From: Tubiluchus corallicola
Lineage: Eukaryota > Animalia > Priapulida
NCBI GenBank assembly: GCA_030141605.1
Contig: JAQGDQ010000019.1
Location: 930,001-994,000, forward strand
Direction: 5' to 3'
Length of the DNA stretch: 64,000 nucleotides
The notes under the pieces were generated by a model. The model worked only from the letters and a program-made list of their open reading frames with translations. It ran no database searches and was not told the DNA's origin. Made by a program: the position numbers and the translations under genes. This document shows positions 59,962 to 64,000 of the stretch, piece after piece (within the stretch, counting starts at the first letter, position 1; the number at the start of each line of letters is the position of its first letter).

Positions 59962-60610
59962 CTAACTAGACGAGCGCTTCGGCAATGGGCAGTGCGATAG
60001 TGCGAAGCAAAGCGCAATTTATATAGGGAAGTGCCGGTGCGTTTTTAATGACATTGTGTCTTGCAATGGTAGGTAATGAAATTAACATTGAGATTTTTAT
60101 TTTCACAAAATTTAGCAATTAGTATACAATAATTATAGTAATTTATGGTTCTAATAGCTGCATGATGTTTGATATTTCAGAGCTATATTTATATTAGTCA
60201 GTATTCTGTAAGCCTTAGTTTATATGGTTTTAGCGTTACTGAAAGTGTAATGATACACGCTAAGAAAACACAAAAAGAAGTAAAAATAATACTACAAATA
60301 GTAATATTTATAGTAAGAAAACATGAAAGGAGGAAGTGAAAATGTAATATTACAAATAATTTAAACCTTAAAATTAATGTGTGCTGGGCAAGTAACTTGT
60401 AAATTTTGGGATGGTGTCATCGTGTTGAAGACGAAGAATTTTGCGAATGTCCATCACAAAAATTTTGCATAAACTACACTAGCAATTGTGTAAGTCTCTA
60501 ATAGCTCTTAGCAGTACAATGTTTGGCTTGTTTGATGGTAGACATTTAGTTTATAAACCAGTGAAACACTGAATAAGTAGTCGTTAAGCGCAGGTTTTGG
60601 CAATTTAATA

Positions 60611-61556
60611 CAGTAGGCGCCGCTTAATAGACTCACTTTGGAACCGATATGCTCTGACCCAATTAACCGACTGAACCTGTTAACCAATAGGTGTAGCAGG
60701 CCTATTATTAGGTACAGCAGGTGCCGCTTTATAGACTCACGGTTAATAGACTCAATCGCTTAATTGACTCAAAAATGCCTGGAACGGGCCGCTTCTATTC
60801 ATATATACATAAAAACTATTGGTAATTGACTCAAATAACTTCGCTTAATTGACTCAATATTTTTCTTTCACGTACTTAAAATAAGACATTTGTATATGCC
60901 CAAACAGCCTTTCCTATTTTTATGTCGTCTTTACTTCCCTTTTGTGCATTATATATGTAGAAACAATCATGTTAAGTACCGTTTTGTTTGGAAACAGGTA
61001 TGTTTATCATGCGCTAATACGCTAGCGTAGCGGTTTTGCTTTGAACCTGTTACCTGCTCGCCCACTGCAATTAACCTCATTACCCAAAGAATTTCTGGAA
61101 GCTAAACATTTAATCACTTGCCTAGCGGGTTCCTTTTGATGCTCTAGTTGCAAATCACGCTTTCAGGCTTAATGAATTAATGGTCAAAGATGCAGGTACA
61201 GTACATTTGCTGGCTATGTCATGGAGCAATGTAAGTGAGCAGATGATTCAGAAATGTTTTAGTCATGCCCAATTCAGACTTGTGTGATTTAGAAAAGTAT
61301 ACTTTATTGTTATTTTAATTTAGTGTTAATTTACTTATATAAATTAATATTTTAATTTTTTTTCTAATTTTTAACTGCACAAAGGAATTTAGGCATTACT
61401 TCGTTTCCAAAATTGATTAAAAGCCTCTGCAGTACATAATAAGCTGATGACTCACTTGTATAGCAGTAATACTATACCATCGGTTAATAGGTTCAATCGG
61501 TTAATTGGGTCAAAACACGTCAGTCCCAAAGTGAGTCTATTAAGCGGCGACTACTG
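60611..61556 (+). mobile_element. Tc1/mariner (pogo/Tigger-like) internally deleted element, with three TIR copies
   Basis: TA|cagtaggcgccgcttaatagactcac at 60611, TA|cagcaggtgccgctttatagactcac at 60715 and gtgagtctattaagcggcgactactg|TA at 61556; relic VHLLAMSWSNVSEQMIQKCFSHAQF (61201-61275) matches the Tigger AW..V....I.NCF..AG motif. Confidence 0.85.
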
Positions 61557-63523
61557 TATTAAAGATAACTTATTAGCTCTTTGCAAAATATCAATTGTTT
61601 TGTAACATAATTTTGCAATGAATAGTGATGCTATGGTACCAGGGCAGACCCAGTATAGCCATGTCTTATAGAGTTGCCTACATTACATGTTGGTTGAGCT
61701 GTATAAGACAGGGCTGAAAAATGTTTGTGAACCGGTAGATGTAGCCTCTTTGGCGGGGGATACAAAAAGTTTTGAACTTTATTAGTAACATTGACAAAGC
61801 TATTCCACAATCTAATACTCATCAAAGTTACAATTATTACTTTTCCATGCATCTGCACATGCTGCAATTTGTCCCTACATACTGTGTTGTACTCAAAAAC
61901 TTGGCAGCTGCAGAACATTCAGGTGTAATTGTATGTGCATATGCGATAACTGTTATAGTGGCAAACTCTTTCAATAAATAGGCCTGTTACTCTGAGGCTA
62001 AGATATATTGATTTAAACGGTAGCACAACTAGTCTTCCAAGTCCTGCTGTTCAGCTGTACTAAAAGTTTAGTACGAAATAGTTAAAACCTAGCCCATTCT
62101 TAAGTTGTAGCTCAAAACAATCTACTCTATAAAATATTGAAGGGAATATACATATACAGTTTTTCAAGAATGTCTTACGTGAACCTTTGTTACCACAGAA
62201 ATATAATTTAACGTTCGCGCTGCTAAGTTCTTCATGGTTACACGCATTTCACCATTCACCACTAGTGCCTATATCTCGAAAATGTGTTGCACAAAAACCA
62301 GGTGCTGTACCTCTCAGTTCAGAAGTCGGTTGTGACATACTACAAACATTCAAAACTTATGGGTGACCATGGCAGTAAACTTGAAATTCAGTTTTTAAAG
62401 TTAAAATTTGCTGAGTTTTGGTATATTGCATTGAATTTTGTAAAGTAGCACTGTACAATTTTGCTTTTGCAAACACATATAACCTGCCCATGGAATGTTT
62501 GTGCCCTTTGAAAATTATGTTCATTTGCGATGTCATCACTAGCTGGGCTCCTTTGTCTTTAATTAAGTTTTTAGCCTATTATTTAATTAACAGAAACGTT
62601 TTGGCATTACTGTACGTTTTAAAATGTATACTTTCTATCATACTTCAAAATGGGATGTGAGGAGTATGAAAAGTCATCCTGTTTTCCTGTAAAAGTGTCT
62701 TCTTGCTGATTCAGTGGTTTGTGGTTGGCTTCAAATTACACTATTATAGTTACTGTAACAACTGGCTTTGTCACCTAGTCACCAACCTGTACAAGTCATG
62801 TTCTAATATCATGAAAACTTCACAGTTTCGTGTTAATGTCTTGAAAACGTCACAGTTTAATTACTTTATAACGTTCAAAAATACTTCCTCCAGTAGTTAA
62901 CTTAATATCAGACGAAAGAAATTGCCTAGATGAGTGAGGTGTTTTGTAAAATGATTGTTTCAAGTTGTGTCCTAGCAACAGTGAGGAAAAGATAAACAAG
63001 GTAAAATTGTCTTGCTAAGCATCATAGTTTAAAATCACTTAATTCCATGTATGCTTGGTGTGTATAGAAAGTCCTTTTAATAATACTTGAGTGAGTGTTT
63101 AACAACAACTGAAACAATGTTTAAAGAGAGGAACTGTATTGCGAATAAAAATATATGCAACTACCTCGATCCTAGATGCTTCTATAATTGTCTTTGAGAC
63201 ATTTGCAAGATTTTCTGCCTCTGGTGTAAGGTAATAAACAATGCAGACAATTTGACCATATAACTGCAGCTTCGGCATCAGCAGTGCGACAGCGTAAGGC
63301 AAAGCACAATTTATATAACAAAGAGCTGGTGTGTTTATTCGTAGGATAGTTTATTAGTCACATTAAGATCCATTCATTAGGACCCATAATTCATTAACCC
63401 AATCGAAAAGTCATATGTAAAGAGCACAGAAAAAGCAGCAAAATAAAATTTAAGCAAACAAATATTTCAAGCTGCAAGGTTTTATAATTTTAGTTATTTG
63501 CTTGATCTAGCCAAATTTTCCAG

Positions 63524-63709
63524 CTTTTGTACAATGAATTTTTTAAATGCAGAAAAATGTCGACATCTGAAAAAAGCACTGGAAAGGAACTTAGTCAGTC
63601 ACATGGTTCAGCTGGTGTAGATGTCCATTCTAATAAAAAGAGTGACGAAGCAGACATACGCAATTCTGATAAACGAGGAACAAAAAGGAGCTCTTCACCT
63701 ATTCCAGAG
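63524..63709 (+). CDS. Probable exon of a further gene (ATG at 63557: MSTSEKSTGKELSQSHG...KRGTKRSSSPIPE); product unknown
   Basis: ttttccag| acceptor, gag|gtaact donor and an open, coding-like purine-rich frame; no recognisable domain. Confidence 0.55.
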
Positions 63710-64000
63710 GTAACTGAATTTTACTGATGAGATAGCTTTACCTGATCATGTCAGGTGCTTATTTTTTAATTTTTACATCTTAACAAAGTGTTACATGAAA
63801 TTAAAAAGTTTACTTATGTTTCATTTCCGTAATATGTTTTTTAGGTGGCAGTGTCTTTGTACTGATATTTTAGAGTAATAACTGATTTTCTGTTGCAAAA
63901 TCACTTTTTAGGACAATCAAGAGGTAGCACTAGAAGCTTCCACTTTATGAGGTTCATTGTAGTTGTTGCTATAGCAAAATATGCCTGCAGAGAGATTTTG

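Overview
This is AT-rich, intron-rich animal (invertebrate-type) genomic DNA, not prokaryotic. The main feature is a + strand phospholipase C-beta gene (PLC21C/PLCB1-3 class). I reconstructed 28 coding exons by hand from 7776 to the stop at 42802; they join into one continuous frame of about 1190 aa, and the first exons lie upstream of the window. One of its introns (29440-31288) is a minor-spliceosome (U12-type) intron. Downstream is a TRIM (RING-B-box-B-box-coiled coil) gene with an intronless CDS (53343-54890). Its disordered tail carries PP1-docking and LC8-like motifs instead of a folded C-terminal domain, and it is probably driven by a TATA+Inr promoter near 47197. A probable exon of a third gene sits at 63524-63709. 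Introns and intergenic DNA hold an open Gypsy gag ORF, a nested Academ-like transposon relic, a CR1-type LINE relic, hAT/Tigger/Harbinger-like MITEs, a V-SINE-like element, foldback elements, microsatellites and several perfect tandem duplications. I found no rRNA, tRNA gene or CRISPR array, and no wholly new multi-gene system could be demonstrated from sequence alone.
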